A stretch of DNA of 64,000 bases from an uncultured Planctomycetaceae bacterium (lineage in GTDB: Bacteria > Planctomycetota > Planctomycetia > Planctomycetales > Planctomycetaceae), in the NCBI GenBank assembly GCA_963813715.1, contig CAWFAK010000005.1, positions 96,001 through 160,000 of the forward strand, written 5' to 3'. The notes under the pieces are model-generated. The model searched no databases and was not told the DNA's origin. It was given only the letters and a program-made list of their open reading frames with translations. This document shows, in pieces, positions 1 through 11,594 of the stretch; position 1 is the stretch's first letter, and each line of letters starts with the position of its first letter. A program made the translations under genes and the position numbers.

Positions 1-1374
1 TCTTCGGTGCCGGTGGCCGTGGGGGCAGTGACTTTCGGCGGTTGCTGCGAGCCGTAGCCGGCCAAGTCCGGGACCAGCAAGTTGGCCTTGGGCGTGCCCA
101 GGCCGGTCACCAGGTCGTAGCCGACGCCGGCGCTATAGGTGCCGTTGCTCCCGGTCGTCACGTCGTTGAAGTCGCTGCTCGGCAGTCCATACAGCATGGG
201 CAACGTTTGCGTGGCCCCGTTGAGCGTTGTCTCGCCGGCGAGCACGCGGCCCTGGTCGGCGATGGCGATCATGCCGGCCCACAAGGGACAAGCCAGACTG
301 GTGCCGCCGACGTCGATCCATCCGTTCGCGCCGTACGAGTATGAGTCGTAGACATAAACGCCGGTATTGGGGTCGGCGTCGGCGGACACGTCGGGCACGT
401 TGCGATTGGTCTTGCTCGCTTGGTTGACCCCGTTGATGCCGCTCTGGAAGCTGGGCAGCGTCTCGTAGATGCTGGTGCCGCCGCCCGTATCCGACCAGGC
501 GCTTTCGGAGACGTAGGCGCCGCTGGATTGAATTTGCAGATTCGTCCCGCCGACCGCGACAACGTCGGGAGAGAACGAGGGATAGCCGGCCGGCGTGCCG
601 TCGTCGCCCGTGGAGGCCAGAATCGTGACGCCCTGATGGCCGGGCGGAGTGATGAAGTACGAGCTGTCGTCCTGCGTCTCGGTCGAGTACTCGCCGCCAC
701 CCCAGCTGTTGGAGATGACGGACACTCCCGGGAAGCCCGCTGCTGTCGCCTCAGCCGTGTACAGGTCGCTTCCGTTAGGCGAATTCCCCTCGAAGAGAAT
801 GATGTTGGCCTGCGGGGCCATCGAGTGCACCCACTCGACGTCGAGCGACTCTTCGACATCCCAGCCGAATTGTGGCGCGTTTCTGCGGCAGCGTGGTGCC
901 CCCGTCCTCGTTGAGCACGCGGAACGTCGGTCCGCCCGCGACGTTGAACTGCTGCAGGCCGAATTGAGTGCTGAAGGTGGCTGCGTCGGAAATGATGTTC
1001 GGATCGTTGTAAGCGTCAACGATCGCGACCGTCTGTCCGGCTCCCGTTCCCACCACGCCGTCGAACGAGATCGCGTTGACGCCGTAGGCCGTCGCGACCT
1101 GCACGGGAGTGTAGGGACCCTGGCTACTGGGTTGCGAGGCCGGGGAGGCCATCGGTTTCACGTTGGGATTGATGACAAACGTCGGGACCGCGGTGCCGAG
1201 CACCGCTGGCGTGACGGCCGAGAGCATCTGCCGCCCTTCGAGTTCTTCGACGGTGTGTCCGCAGTAGGCGGGTCCGGGAAAGAAAGCCGAGTCGCGTCGT
1301 CCGCGCTGTCGCGCACGCTTGCGTGGTTTAACAGGCGCGATTTTGCGCAGACTCAGACGCTTCGGAAAAAACAT
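1..1374 (-). CDS. Secreted S53 (sedolisin/kumamolisin-like) serine peptidase with planctomycete LExRxLL-type N-terminal motif; frameshift near 875; runs off the window start
   Basis: N-terminal VEELEGRQMLS and GAGQTVAIVDAY. After the frameshift the minus strand reads GWDVEESLDVEWVHSMAPQANIILFE (catalytic Glu/Asp), then VPDVSADADP, WIDVGGTSLA (catalytic Ser) and GYDLVTGLGTP. Confidence 0.85.
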
Positions 1375-1793
1375 CCTCAGGACTCCCGATTACCGATGCG
1401 CAGTGGGAGGGCGCAGAAAGAAGGAGATCACAGCCAGTCGCGTGGATACGGCGATCTTCTCGGGAAGAAACGGTCAATGGCCCGAGACCAAAATGAACGT
1501 CGTAAATCTTTGTGCAAACCTAGGATTGGACAGTAATCCGGGGGCTCTTTCAAGCCCCTAAATCCGAACAATCCCTAGCCAGACCCTGCCGCTTCCCGCG
1601 ACCGGCCCGCGAGGGATGATGGCATCAGCGGCCCTCGGCCAGAGCGACCCAGGCGTTCGCCCGACGCGTGTCGGACCGCCCGCAAAGGGTCGCGTCGATT
1701 AGACTTCCGCGTTCAGAGCCCCCGAGCCCGTGACGTGAGCGCAACCGTCGAACGGGCCGAAGTTCGCGCCACTGAGCCTGGGACGAGATCGTT

Positions 1794-2812
1794 CTAGTTT
1801 CCGGTCGTCAGCACGACGCGGAAGCGGGCCTTGCCGCTCATCATCCGGTCATAGGCCTCGTTGGCCCGCTCCAGGGGCACGACCTCGTTCATCGAACGGA
1901 CGCCTGTCAGAGAGCTGAATCGCAGCGCGTCCTGTGAATCGATCGAGATGCCGGAGTACCATCCCTTCACGGCCCGCGAGCCCGTGATCAGAAATATGGG
2001 ATTAACCTCGAGGGACCCGACCGCTCCGATGACCAGCATCGTGCCGTTGGTGGCCAGCCCGCCCAGGACCGACTGCATGGCGTCACTGCTCGTCGCGGTG
2101 GCGAGAATCGCCTTGGCCCCTCCCATCCGAGCCAGCTCGGCTGCCGGGTCTTGGGCTTGGTTGTCGATATAGTGCGTCGCGCCCAGCTTGCGAGCCAGCG
2201 GTTCTTTGTCCTTGCCGCGGGCGATCGCCACCGTCTTGAAGCCCATCTTGGCGGCATACTGCACACCGAGATGGCCCAGGCCACCCAAGCCCAGAATCGC
2301 CACCACGTCGCCCGGGGCGGCGCCGCTGTGCCGCAGCGCATTGAACGTGGTCACTCCCGCGCACAGAGCGGCGCCGCATCGATCTCCGACAGCTCCTTCG
2401 GCACGCGGGCGACGGCTGACGATTGGGCGATCATGTAGTCGGCATAGCCGCCGTCCGACGTGATTCCCGTGACGCGAGTCGCCGTCTGGCAGGCGAAGAA
2501 CTCGCCGCGACGGCACGCGTCGCAATAGCCGCAGTAGCCCCCGTTCCAGCCGACACCGACGCGCTCGCCGACGGTCCAGCCGGCGACGTTCGGCCCGAGC
2601 GCGTCGACCAGCCCTACGACCTCGTGCCCGGGCACTCGCGGATATTCGATACCGGGCCACATCCCTTCCTTCGTGAGCGAATCGCTGTGGCAGACGCCGC
2701 ACGCCTGCACTTTGATGCGCACGGTTCCCGGACCCGGTTCGGGAATGTCTCGCTCGACGATCTCAAAGGCTGCTTTCGGCTTGCTAACCTGCACGGCGCG
2801 CATCTTGGACAT
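1794..2812 (-). CDS. Zinc-dependent alcohol dehydrogenase (MDR family); frameshift near 2375
   Basis: CGVCHSD, PGHE, structural-zinc motif CGYCDACRRGEFFAC, CAGVT and Rossmann GLGGLG, split over ORFs 2351..2980 and 1794..2702. Confidence 0.9.
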
Positions 2813-2939
2813 GGGATGGCTCCTGGTTGGTAGTGTCGATCGAGAATCCCGCAGGCGAATTGTACCTGGGTTCGGCTCGAGTGGCCCACTGTCTGAGCGA
2901 ATCGGAAGAACTCGGGGGGCTGACGCCCCCCGCTCGGGC

Positions 2940-4668
2940 TCAAACGATGGTCGGCGGATCGAGGGCGCGGTGCTCGTCATCGACGCGGGGCCAGTCGAGC
3001 ACGAAGCGGCAGCCGAAGCCCGGCTTGGTTTCGACGATCACGTCGCCGCCATGCTCGCGAAGAATCTTCTGGCTGACGGCCAGTCCCAGCCCGGTGCCCC
3101 GCGCTCCCTTGGTCGACTCAAAGATGTTGAAGATCTTGGCCAATTGGTCCTCGGGAATTCCCGGACCGTTGTCGGTGACGGCGACGAAGATCACGTCGCC
3201 CGACGCTTCGTGCCCCGTCTCGACGATCACGTGTCCCCCTTCGATCCCCTCGACTGCGTCGATGGCGTTGGTGACGACATTGAGCACGGCGCGGTGAATC
3301 CCCTCGGCGTCGAACGTGGCCGATGGCAGATCATCCTTGAGCCGCACTTCGAGCCGCACCTTGCAATCGGCGGCCCGGGCCTGCATCAGCTCGCAGACCT
3401 CGGTCACAGTTTGATTGAGCGCGGCGACCTTCATCACGGGCTGCCGCTCTTTGCTGAAGGTGAGCATGTCCATCACAAGCTGGTAGATCTTGTTCTGGTT
3501 CTTTTCGACGATGCCCCAGCCTTGCTCGACGTGGTGTTCGTTGTGCTCCTTGAGCCCCAGGTCGATCAGGTAGCTGCCGCCGCGGATGCCCTGCAAAATG
3601 TTCTTGATGTGATGGCTGAGCATGGCGATCGTCTGACCCATCGCCGCCAGCCGCTCGGCCTTGACCAGCGCCTCTTGGTATCGGCTGTTCTCGATGGCGA
3701 GCGCCGCCTGGCTGCCGATGGCCACGAGCAGACGCAACTGGTCCTCCGAGAACTTGTGCGTCATGCCGCCATCCAGGACGACGCGTTCGGGCGGCGTGGT
3801 CGTGTCGACGTAGATCACGCCCAGCACGTCGACGCGGCCCTGCATGGGGACGCACATCGCCTCGCGGATGCCGGCCTGCAGGATGCTTTGACCGGGGACG
3901 AAGCGGCGATCCGTCCGCGCATCGGACGTGCGCACGCCCTGGCCTTTTTCCAAAACGTAATCGACGATGCTGCGCGAGACGGGCATCCGCGCGCTCTGGT
4001 CGGCCCGCCGGCCGTAGCTCACGACCTTGGGCACGCTCTTGCCCGTCTCCGGATCGGTCACCAGCATGCAGCCGCGATCGGCGCCGACCACGCCGATCGT
4101 CAGGTTGAGGATTCGTTGCAGCAGTTGATCGAGCGAGATCGCCGGGCTGACGGCTTCTTCCGCGATGCGATAAATGGCCTGCAGGTTGGACAGCTCCTGC
4201 GCGTGCGGACTGCCACCCACGCGCCGTTTGCTCGGAAAGGTTTTTGGCCGCCTCCTGCCCCACCTCGCCGACGATGCTCGCCTGGTCGTCGGCGTTCGGC
4301 CGGCTGACGAGATCGATGCGGTCGGCCGCTTCGCGTCCCGGCGCGACGGCGTTCGACTGGTGAAACAAGAGCACCGTGCCGCCCAGCTGCACCTGGTCGC
4401 CGTCGTGCAGCTCCTTCATGCGAATCGCGGCGCCGTTGACGAACGTGCCGTTGGCGCTGCCGCGGTCTTTGACAACGAACGCGCCGTCCACGAATTGGAT
4501 GACCGCGTGTTGCCGGGAAGCTTCGTCGTCGCCGACGCGAATTTCGTTGCGGAGACCGCGGCCCAAGCTGACGGGCTTTTCGCCGATCTCAAAGCGGGAA
4601 CCCTGGTCGGCCCCGCGGATCACGAGGAGCGTCGCCTTCGCCGGCCTGGTTCTCTCGTCCGTTGCCAC
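2940..4668 (-). CDS. FHA-GAF-histidine kinase sensor; frameshift near 4220
   Basis: FHA motifs (LGRG, SRQHA, DRGSANGTFVNG), GAF region (AMCVPM, LGVIYVD), H-box LSHHIKN, N-box NVVTNAIDA, G1 DNGPGI and G2 GTGLGL. Confidence 0.88.
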
Positions 4669-4905
4669 GTCGACTCGACCTGGAAGCGTCCTGTCCATGC
4701 GCCGGGCGGCTCCGTGATCCGCACTTCGGCCCGCGGGAGCATTGCCAACATCATAGCAACGACGGCAATCGCAGGTCCAAAGTCCGGGTTTCACTCGACA
4801 TTGGGAAATCGGCCGCCCAATGTCAACACCCGGCGCACAACGTCGTTACGGCGAACGGGCATTGAATCCGAGACGGAGCGAACTCGAGAAGAGAGACGAG
4901 CGCGC

Positions 4906-5280
4906 TCAGGCAGCATCCGCGGCCGACAGCAGCCGCTCGATCGTGCGGATCAGCTCGCCGTACTGGAACGGCTGCTCGAGGTAATGATCCTCGGTGGCCG
5001 TCTCGCAGGCGTCGTGCACCTTCGTCGATCCGATGACGATCCGCGGCACGTTCTGCCACCCGGCGGGGGCAGCGGCGGGCGCCGGCTCTTCGTCGACGTG
5101 CAGCACCATCACGCTCGGCCGGCGCTTCGACGCCAACTCTTCGGCACCCGCGCTGCGGATGCGGTCGACGGAGAGGCCGCGGGGCTCGAGCACGGCTCGC
5201 AACACTTCTTCCGTCTCTGAAAGTCCGTCGACGACAAGAACGCGCTGCTGAGCCGTCACGCGGATTTCTTTCTCGGACAA
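4906..5280 (-). CDS. Small atypical receiver-like (CheY-fold) protein
   Basis: RVLVVDG start and YLEQPF end resemble a receiver domain, but the canonical phospho-Asp and KP motifs are altered. Confidence 0.55.
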   Translation of the reverse strand: MSEKEIRVTAQQRVLVVDGLSETEEVLRAVLEPRGLSVDRIRSAGAEELASKRRPSVMVLHVDEEPAPAAAPAGWQNVPRIVIGSTKVHDACETATEDHYLEQPFQYGELIRTIERLLSAADAA

Positions 5281-5523
5281 TCGGCTGGTTCTCGCTCAGG
5301 GCGAGAAGCGATTTTTGGGTTGCGTCGCAGGTCGGGTTGAGAGTCGGAGTTCGTTCGTGGGGCGGGAGAATATCGCGATCGCGAATGCGTGTTAAGAGCA
5401 AAATCGCATTCGCGCAGGTCGGCGCACGGCGCTGGAAATGGGAGAAAAACCCGGAGATTTTCGCAGTTTTTGCCTTGCGGCCGACTGTAAAAATTACAAC
5501 GACCGAGCGAGGGCTTCGTGCCT

Positions 5524-6291
5524 TCATTTCGGTGCCATGCGGATCGCGCCGTCGAGGCGGATCGTTTCGCCGTTGAGCATTTCGTTCTCGACGATGTGAG
5601 CGGCGAGCGCGGCGAACTCGTCGGCCCGGCCGAGTCGCGAGGGGAAAGGAATCTGCTGGGCGAGCGATTTGCGGACCTCTTCGGAGAGTTGTCCGAGCAT
5701 GGGCGTCTCGAAGATGCCGGGCGCGATGGTCATCACACGGATGCCCACCCGCGAGAGGTCGCGGGCGATGGGCAGCGTCATTCCAACCACGCCCCCCTTC
5801 GACGCGCTGTAGGCCGCTTGCCCGATTTGCCCGTCGAAGGCCGCCACCGACGCCGTGTTGACTATCACGCCCCGTTCGCCCGACGCGTTGGGCTCGCTCT
5901 TGGACATCGCGGTCGCGGCGACCGCAATCATGTTGAACGTGCCGATCAGGTTGACGTTGATCACCCGCGAGAACGACTCGAGCCGATGCGGCCCTTCTTT
6001 TCCCACGGTCCGCTCGGCCAGCGCGATTCCCGCGCAATTGACCAGCCCGTGCAGCCCGCCCAACTCCTTGAGGGCCGTTTCGACCGCACGCTCAGCCGAG
6101 GCCCGGTTGGTGACGTCGGTCTCGACGAAGCGGACCTTCGGTCCGAGTTCGGCCGCGAGCGCTTCGCCTGCCGCCTTTTGCACGTCGGCAATCACCGCCC
6201 GCCCGCCGCCGGCGACAAACCGCCGCACGCAGGCGGCTCCAAGTCCCGATCCGCCGCCCGTGACCAAGAACGTGTGATCGGCGATCTTCAT
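5524..6291 (-). CDS. 3-hydroxyacyl-CoA dehydrogenase type 2-like short-chain dehydrogenase
   Basis: [32 protein letters not shown] (YxxxK) and C-terminal [13 protein letters not shown]. Confidence 0.92.
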   Translation of the reverse strand: MKIADHTFLVTGGGSGLGAACVRRFVAGGGRAVIADVQKAAGEALAAELGPKVRFVETDVTNRASAERAVETALKELGGLHGLVNCAGIALAERTVGKEGPHRLESFSRVINVNLIGTFNMIAVAATAMSKSEPNASGERGVIVNTASVAAFDGQIGQAAYSASKGGVVGMTLPIARDLSRVGIRVMTIAPGIFETPMLGQLSEEVRKSLAQQIPFPSRLGRADEFAALAAHIVENEMLNGETIRLDGAIRMAPK

Positions 6292-6350
6292 GATGGGAGA
6301 TCCGTTGGGTCTAAATGACTGCGCGCGACTTTGGGAATCTGGCTCGAATG

Positions 6351-6402
6351 CCCCCTCACCCCAAGCCCCTCTCCCGCGAGGGGAGAGGGAGAGGGAGAGG
6401 GA
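6351..6402. repeat. REP-like palindromic element (CCCCTCACCCC...CCTCTCCC/GGGAGAGG type)
   Basis: ccccctcaccccaagcccctctcccgcgaggggagagggagagggagaggga forms a hairpin between the thiolase and SDR genes, with a triplicated gagagg tail. Confidence 0.65.
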
Positions 6403-6431
6403 TTGCAGGGTGCTAATGAGGGCGGCACTGC

Positions 6432-7595
6432 TTAGATCCGTTCGATGATCGTGGCGGTCGCCATGCCGTGGCCGATGCACATCACCTGCAAGCCGGTCTT
6501 CCCGCCCGTCGTTTCCAGGCCGATCAGCATCTTGGACATCAGGCCGGCGCCCGTCGCACCCAGCGGATGGCCGTGCGCGATGGCACCGCCCCACGGGTTG
6601 ACCCGTTCCATACGGGGCTTCAACTCGCGGGCCCAACTGAGGACGACCGTGGCGAACGCTTCGTTGATTTCGATCCAGTCGAGATCGTGGATCGTCATCT
6701 TGGCCCGTTCGAGCGCTTTGCGCGTCGCCGGGATCACGCCGGTGAGCTGCATCATCGGATCATCACCGACGGCCACCTTGGCCAGAAAGCGGGCCCGCGG
6801 TTTGAAGCCGTCGGCCTTGGCCGTCTCCCGGTCGCCGACCAGGATGGCGGAGGCGCCGTCGGAAATCTGGCTCGAGTTGCCGGCCGTCACCACGCCGTTG
6901 CCGTTCGGGCGGAACACCGTGGCGAGCGACTTCATCTTCGCCATGTCGAGCTTTTCGCGAATGCCTTCGTCGCGTTTGAGCTCGAACGACTTGCCGTCCG
7001 CGTCGATCCCCGGCGTCGGCAGGATTTCTTTGTTGAAGCTCTGCGCGGCGGCCGCGCTCGCCTTCCGATGACTCTCCGCCGAGTACTGATCGACGTCGTC
7101 GCGAGTGATCTGCCACTTTTCGGCGATCCGCTCGGCACTTTCGCCCTGGTGGATCAGGTCGAATTTTTCCAGCACGGCCGGGTTGAGCTTCTCATAGCCG
7201 CCGCCGATGTCGCTGAACATCGGCACGCGGGTCATGCTCTCGACACCCGCACCGATCGCGTACTTGGCATCGCCCGCCGCGACTTCCTGAGCGGCAAAGT
7301 GCACCGCTTGCTGACTCGAGCCGCACATGCGGTTGAGCGTGACGGCCGGCACCGAAACGGGGAAACCGGCCAGAAGCACGCCGAGCCGGCCGACGTTCGC
7401 ACCTTGCTCACCGACCTGTTGCACGACGCCCGTCACCACGTCTTCAATCTTCGACGGGTCAATGCCGGCGCGCTTGGCGAGGCCCCGCAGCGCGTGGGCC
7501 AACAGAACGTCGGGACGCGTCTCGCGAAAGGCGCCGTTTCGCTTGGCGAACGGAGTCCGCGCGACTTCGAGAATCACCGGTTCAGCCATCGTCAT
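6432..7595 (-). CDS. Thiolase (acetyl-CoA C-acyltransferase)
   Basis: NRMCGSS (catalytic Cys), [14 protein letters not shown] and MCIGHG motifs. Confidence 0.95.
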   Translation of the reverse strand: MTMAEPVILEVARTPFAKRNGAFRETRPDVLLAHALRGLAKRAGIDPSKIEDVVTGVVQQVGEQGANVGRLGVLLAGFPVSVPAVTLNRMCGSSQQAVHFAAQEVAAGDAKYAIGAGVESMTRVPMFSDIGGGYEKLNPAVLEKFDLIHQGESAERIAEKWQITRDDVDQYSAESHRKASAAAAQSFNKEILPTPGIDADGKSFELKRDEGIREKLDMAKMKSLATVFRPNGNGVVTAGNSSQISDGASAILVGDRETAKADGFKPRARFLAKVAVGDDPMMQLTGVIPATRKALERAKMTIHDLDWIEINEAFATVVLSWARELKPRMERVNPWGGAIAHGHPLGATGAGLMSKMLIGLETTGGKTGLQVMCIGHGMATATIIERI

Positions 7596-7638
7596 TCTCC
7601 CCCAGCCTCAGGAAACTGCATCACGAATTCGGTTCGAT

Positions 7639-7696
7639 GGGTGGCCGAGGTCGAGCGCAGCGAGCCCCGGGGATTCAACGATCGCTCCAGCCACCC
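7639..7696. repeat. Intergenic palindromic REP-like element (GGGTGG...TCGAGCGCAGCGAG...CCACCC)
   Basis: Terminal inverted arms gggtggc/gccaccc enclose gagcgcagcgag, between the CoA-transferase and thiolase genes. Confidence 0.45.
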
Positions 7697-7723
7697 GACT
7701 CTTCGTTCTTCTCCGCCTCAACC

Positions 7724-8579
7724 TCACTCGCGAACGGCGACGATCGGCAAATCGTGCGCGGCCGCCCACGTTTCCCACGCGGCCGACGTGCGCCGGGCAA
7801 ACGCTACGCCGAGCGCTTCATGTGTGAGCGATTCGGCTGCCAGCTCGCGCGTCAGCCGCTCCGCAAAGTGCGGCTCGAGCGCCGCCACGGCAATCCAGCC
7901 GTCAGCCGTCCGGTAGAGATTGTATCCAGGCCACGCACCGCCGAGCAGTCCCGACGCCAGCGTCAGCCCGTGCTGGTGAGCCAGTGGCAAATCTCGCGGC
8001 GGCTTGGGCCAGACTGACTTGCGCAAAACCGGCCACCCCGGTTCGCTCACGAGCCACCAGCAACGAAACGCCAGTCGACACCGCTTCCTCCGCGCCGCCC
8101 AAATCGGCGATCAGCGTCCGCGGCATTTCCGGAGGCGACACCAGCCCCAGCGTTGCCTGGTACGTGAGATCGTGCCCGGGCCGATTCTCGTCCGGAGGCT
8201 CGTGCCCGATGATGGCCACCTGGCACAGCCGAAGGAATTCCTGGTGCAGTGTGCTCCAGCCGAGGCCCAAGCGATCGAGCGCGGCGGGGCGCGACGAAGT
8301 CAGCAGCAAATCGCTCTCGGCCAGCAGCGGATCGAGATCGCGCCGCTCGGCGGCTTCCTTCAGATCGAGCTTGAGGACGGCGACGTTTTCATGCAGCGCG
8401 CCGTACCAGGCCGCGCAGCCGCGAGCGAGTGGATCCCCGTCGGGCGGCTCGATCTTGGTGACGCTCGCGCCCAGATCGCGCAGGCGGCCGGCAGCGACCG
8501 GTCCCGGTAGATTGATCGCCAGACTGACGACCTTCAGTCCGGCCAGCGGCTTCGACTTTGAAGAAGATGGGGCCGGCAT
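7724..8579 (-). CDS. Family III CoA-transferase (CaiB/BaiF); frameshift near 7985
   Basis: PLAGLKVVSL, LPGPVA, KIEPPDGD, LDLK, GHDLTY, then YNLYRTADGWIAVAALEPHF in the next frame. Confidence 0.88.
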
Positions 8580-8582
8580 GGT

Positions 8583-8658
8583 GGGAGGGCGAAGCTCCTG
8601 CTGAGCCGGTATTTCACTTCGGGCATGGGCCGCAGCTCGGCGGGAGCCTCGCCCTTCC
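8583..8658. repeat. REP-like inverted pair, copy 1 (GGGAGGGCGAAGCTCCTGCTGAGCC ... GCTCGGCGGGAGCCTCGCCCTTCC)
   Basis: Two complementary ~25-bp arms with a variable spacer. The same element recurs at 24660 and 26144. Confidence 0.8.
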
Positions 8659-8661
8659 AGA

Positions 8662-9129
8662 TCACAGTTCGTCCGCGGCCGCCAGCCACGGCGTGATCGA
8701 CTGCTTGCCCGACAGCAGTTCGGCCGGCGTGAAGTAGATTTCGATCTCGCGCTTGGCGGCGTCCGGTCCGTCGCTGCCGTGCATCAAGTTCATCTGGCGG
8801 CTGACGCCGAAGTCGCCTCGGATCGTGCCCGGCGGGGCCTGGCGGCCGTTCGTCGGCCCCATCATGGCTCGCACGACGGCGACGGCGTCTGGGCCTTCAG
8901 CCACAAGAGCCACCACCGGACCCGACGTGATGAATTTCTCAACGAGCGGGTAGAACGGCTTATTCACGTGCTCGGCATAGTGCCGCCGCGACAGCTCGGG
9001 CGTCACCTGCAGGAGCTTCATGCCGACGATCGCCAGGCCCTTGTCCTCGATGCGGCTGATGAGACGGCCGGCGAGGCGGCGCTCGATGGCATCGGGCTTG
9101 ATCAGAATGAGAGTCCGCTCGCTGGGCAT
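8662..9129 (-). CDS. ndk: Nucleoside diphosphate kinase
   Basis: ERTLILIKPDA, HYAEH, PGTIRGDF and NLMHGSD (catalytic His). Confidence 0.97.
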   Translation of the reverse strand: MPSERTLILIKPDAIERRLAGRLISRIEDKGLAIVGMKLLQVTPELSRRHYAEHVNKPFYPLVEKFITSGPVVALVAEGPDAVAVVRAMMGPTNGRQAPPGTIRGDFGVSRQMNLMHGSDGPDAAKREIEIYFTPAELLSGKQSITPWLAAADEL

Positions 9130-9143
9130 GATGAGTCCTGTGC

Positions 9144-10321
9144 TTAGCGGCCCGCCAACGCGGGCTCTGCGCCGCGCATCAGCGTCCGAAATTCTTCGAA
9201 GAGATAGTGGCTGTCGTGCGGACCGGCGGAGGCCTCCGGATGGTACTGCACGCTGAAGGCCGGGAAATCGCGGTGCCGCAGCCCCTCGACGGTTTGATCG
9301 TTCAGGTTGACGTGCGTGATCTCGACGCGGTCGGAGAACGAATTCGCATCGAGCGCGAACCCGTGGTTCTGACTGGTGATTTCGACTCGGTTCGCCCGGC
9401 GGTTCAGGACCGGCTGGTTGGCGCCCCGGTGTCCGAACTTCAACTTATAGATGGTGCCGCCGCAGGCCATTCCCAACAGCTGATGCCCCAAGCAAATGCC
9501 GAAGATCGGCGTTTTGCCCATCAGCCCCTGAATAGCCGTCACCGCGTAATTGAGCGGGCGCGGATCGCCGGGACCATTGGACAAGAACACGCCGTCCGGA
9601 TTGAGGGCCAGAATCTCGTCCGCCGTGCTCGTACCCGGGACGATCGTGACGCGACAACCGAGCGAACGCAGGTGTCGCGGGATGTTCCATTTCATGCCGT
9701 AATCGACGGCAACGACGTGCAACGGTCGCTCGGCATCGCCGTCCTGGGGCGACGCTTGGGGCGTCTTGCCGTCGAGCGGCCGAAAGCCGAGACCGAGCGA
9801 CGACAGTCCGTCCTGCCACTCGGACGACGCCTCGGGCATGACCTCACGGATGAGATCCTGGCCGACCAGCTCGGGGCTGGACTGGGCTTTGCGGACAAGG
9901 CTGGCATCGTCGAGATCGCTCGTCGACAGCACGCCGGTCATCGCGCCTTGCACCCGAATCCGCCGCACGAGAGCCCGTGTGTCGATTCCTTCGAGGCCGA
10001 TGATGCCGGCTTCGCGGAGGTAGTCGTCGAGTGATTTGTTCGCGCGGAAGTTGCTCGGCTCGCGGCACAGCTCGCGGACGATAAAGCCCCGCAGCGACAG
10101 TCCGCGGCTCTCGACGTCTTCCAGATTGACCCCGTAATTGCCGATCAGCGGGTACGTCATCGTGACGATTTGCCCGCAGTACGAGGGGTCAGTGAGGATT
10201 TCCTGGTAGCCGGTCATGCTCGTGTTGAACACGACCTCGCCAAAAACTTCCCCCTGCGCGCAAAGCCGATGCCGGTGAAGACGGTGCCGTCGGCCAGTGC
10301 AAGTTTTGCCGGATGAGGCAT
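9144..10321 (-). CDS. carA: Carbamoyl-phosphate synthase small subunit; frameshift near 10255
   Basis: N-terminus MPHPAKLALADGTVFTG, then FNTSMTGYQEILTDPSY, LSNGPGDP, GICLGHQ and QYHPEASAGPHD. Confidence 0.95.
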
Positions 10322-10453
10322 GCGTTTTTTTGTAGCAGAGCCCCGGAGCAAAGAAAAGCGACGGTCGGCGGCCTTCGGAGTCTCTGCGCTGCCGCCCGCG
10401 TCTCGCGCGGTTTGGCCTGAGAGTTCTCGCTCCGGTAGCTTCGAGCGACGGGC

Positions 10454-10900
10454 TTATTGCTCGTGCGTGACGACGAACTCGTCAAAGCGGAGCTGTCCTT
10501 TGCCCCGATCGCCGATGCTCGTCAGCAGTTGCTCCATCAACCCGCGGAACCGGGACTGCCTCACGGAGTAAAAGTTGTGCTTGCCGTCGCGGCGCGCCTT
10601 GATCAATCCGGCCACGCGGAGCAGGGCGAGGTGATGGCTGACCGCTGGCTGGCTCTGGCCCAGGCGATCGCAGAGCGCGGTGACGTGCAACTCGCCCTCG
10701 CGGGTGAGGTAGACGAGAATCCGCAGCCGCGTTTCGTCGGAGAGGAGCTTGAAGACCTGGACCAGCTCCTTTTCCAGTTCGCTCGACAGTTCGGGAAACC
10801 GGGATTCGGACTCGCGGACTGCGGCAACGGGATTGACGGCTGACGGATGGACGGCCGATACGTGCTCGGTCGCCGGGGCTTCGATCAGATTGGTGGTCAT
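10454..10900 (-). CDS. ArsR/SmtB family transcriptional regulator
   Basis: FKLLSDETRLRIL, SQPAVSHHLALLR and RRDGKHNFY. The start could be 10900 or 10981. Confidence 0.9.
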   Translation of the reverse strand: MTTNLIEAPATEHVSAVHPSAVNPVAAVRESESRFPELSSELEKELVQVFKLLSDETRLRILVYLTREGELHVTALCDRLGQSQPAVSHHLALLRVAGLIKARRDGKHNFYSVRQSRFRGLMEQLLTSIGDRGKGQLRFDEFVVTHEQ

Positions 10901-11594
10901 CGGTTCTTCTGGACTCTCTTTCGCAGGCTCATCGCGGCCGTCCCGTCGGGCATGCTGGGCCGGTCGAGAATCGTCTGCCAACGGTGCAATCCTTTCGTGA
11001 GCCGTGGCTTAAAAGGCGATTGCGCCCCAAGCACCGGCGGCTTCCCACAGCGGAAGCCGACTCAGCTTCAGTCCTTGAAATCCCGAGTCAAATAACTGAT
11101 GCACGTCGCGAAAATGAACGACTCCGTTTGATTCGCTGGAACTGCCGCCGGAACGCCGAGCTCTCCCGGAACGAACGGAACCCGGGACGAACACGTATCC
11201 GCGTCAATGCGAAAACCGGAACCGACGGACCATTTCGTCGAATTGGTCGAAACGACCGAGAGACAGGATCAACGGGAGATGTAGAATCTCACGCCAGACG
11301 TCCGGGAGAATCGCCACAAATGCAAGACCGACTTGCCGCAACAGCGCTCTTTCGTCCGTGCGTCTGGGGCCTATTATGGCAGTCTCCAAATCGGTCGTCA
11401 ATGATTGTCCGACGAATTTGCGAACGTCGTTTTTCTGAGAAAACCGGCCAGAAATCCCGCAAAAACCGTAAGGCCGACGAACTCGAAAAAGCCCGGCGTC
11501 GGGCAGTTTTGTCGCTCGTGACACAAGCCGGCCATGGCTTTACGAGATAAGATTCACACTGGTTGATTCGAGTTCCCCGGTCAATCGGAATCCG

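Noticed and set aside
2673..5220. Long plus-strand ORFs 2673..4307 and 4174..5220
   Set aside because: Antisense to the FHA-histidine kinase and receiver-like genes, with no protein motifs.
10984..11550. ORFs in the ArsR / C39 divergent gap, considered as a precursor peptide for the ligase operon
   Set aside because: No convincing RBS, coding bias or repeated core motif. Treated as divergent promoter DNA.
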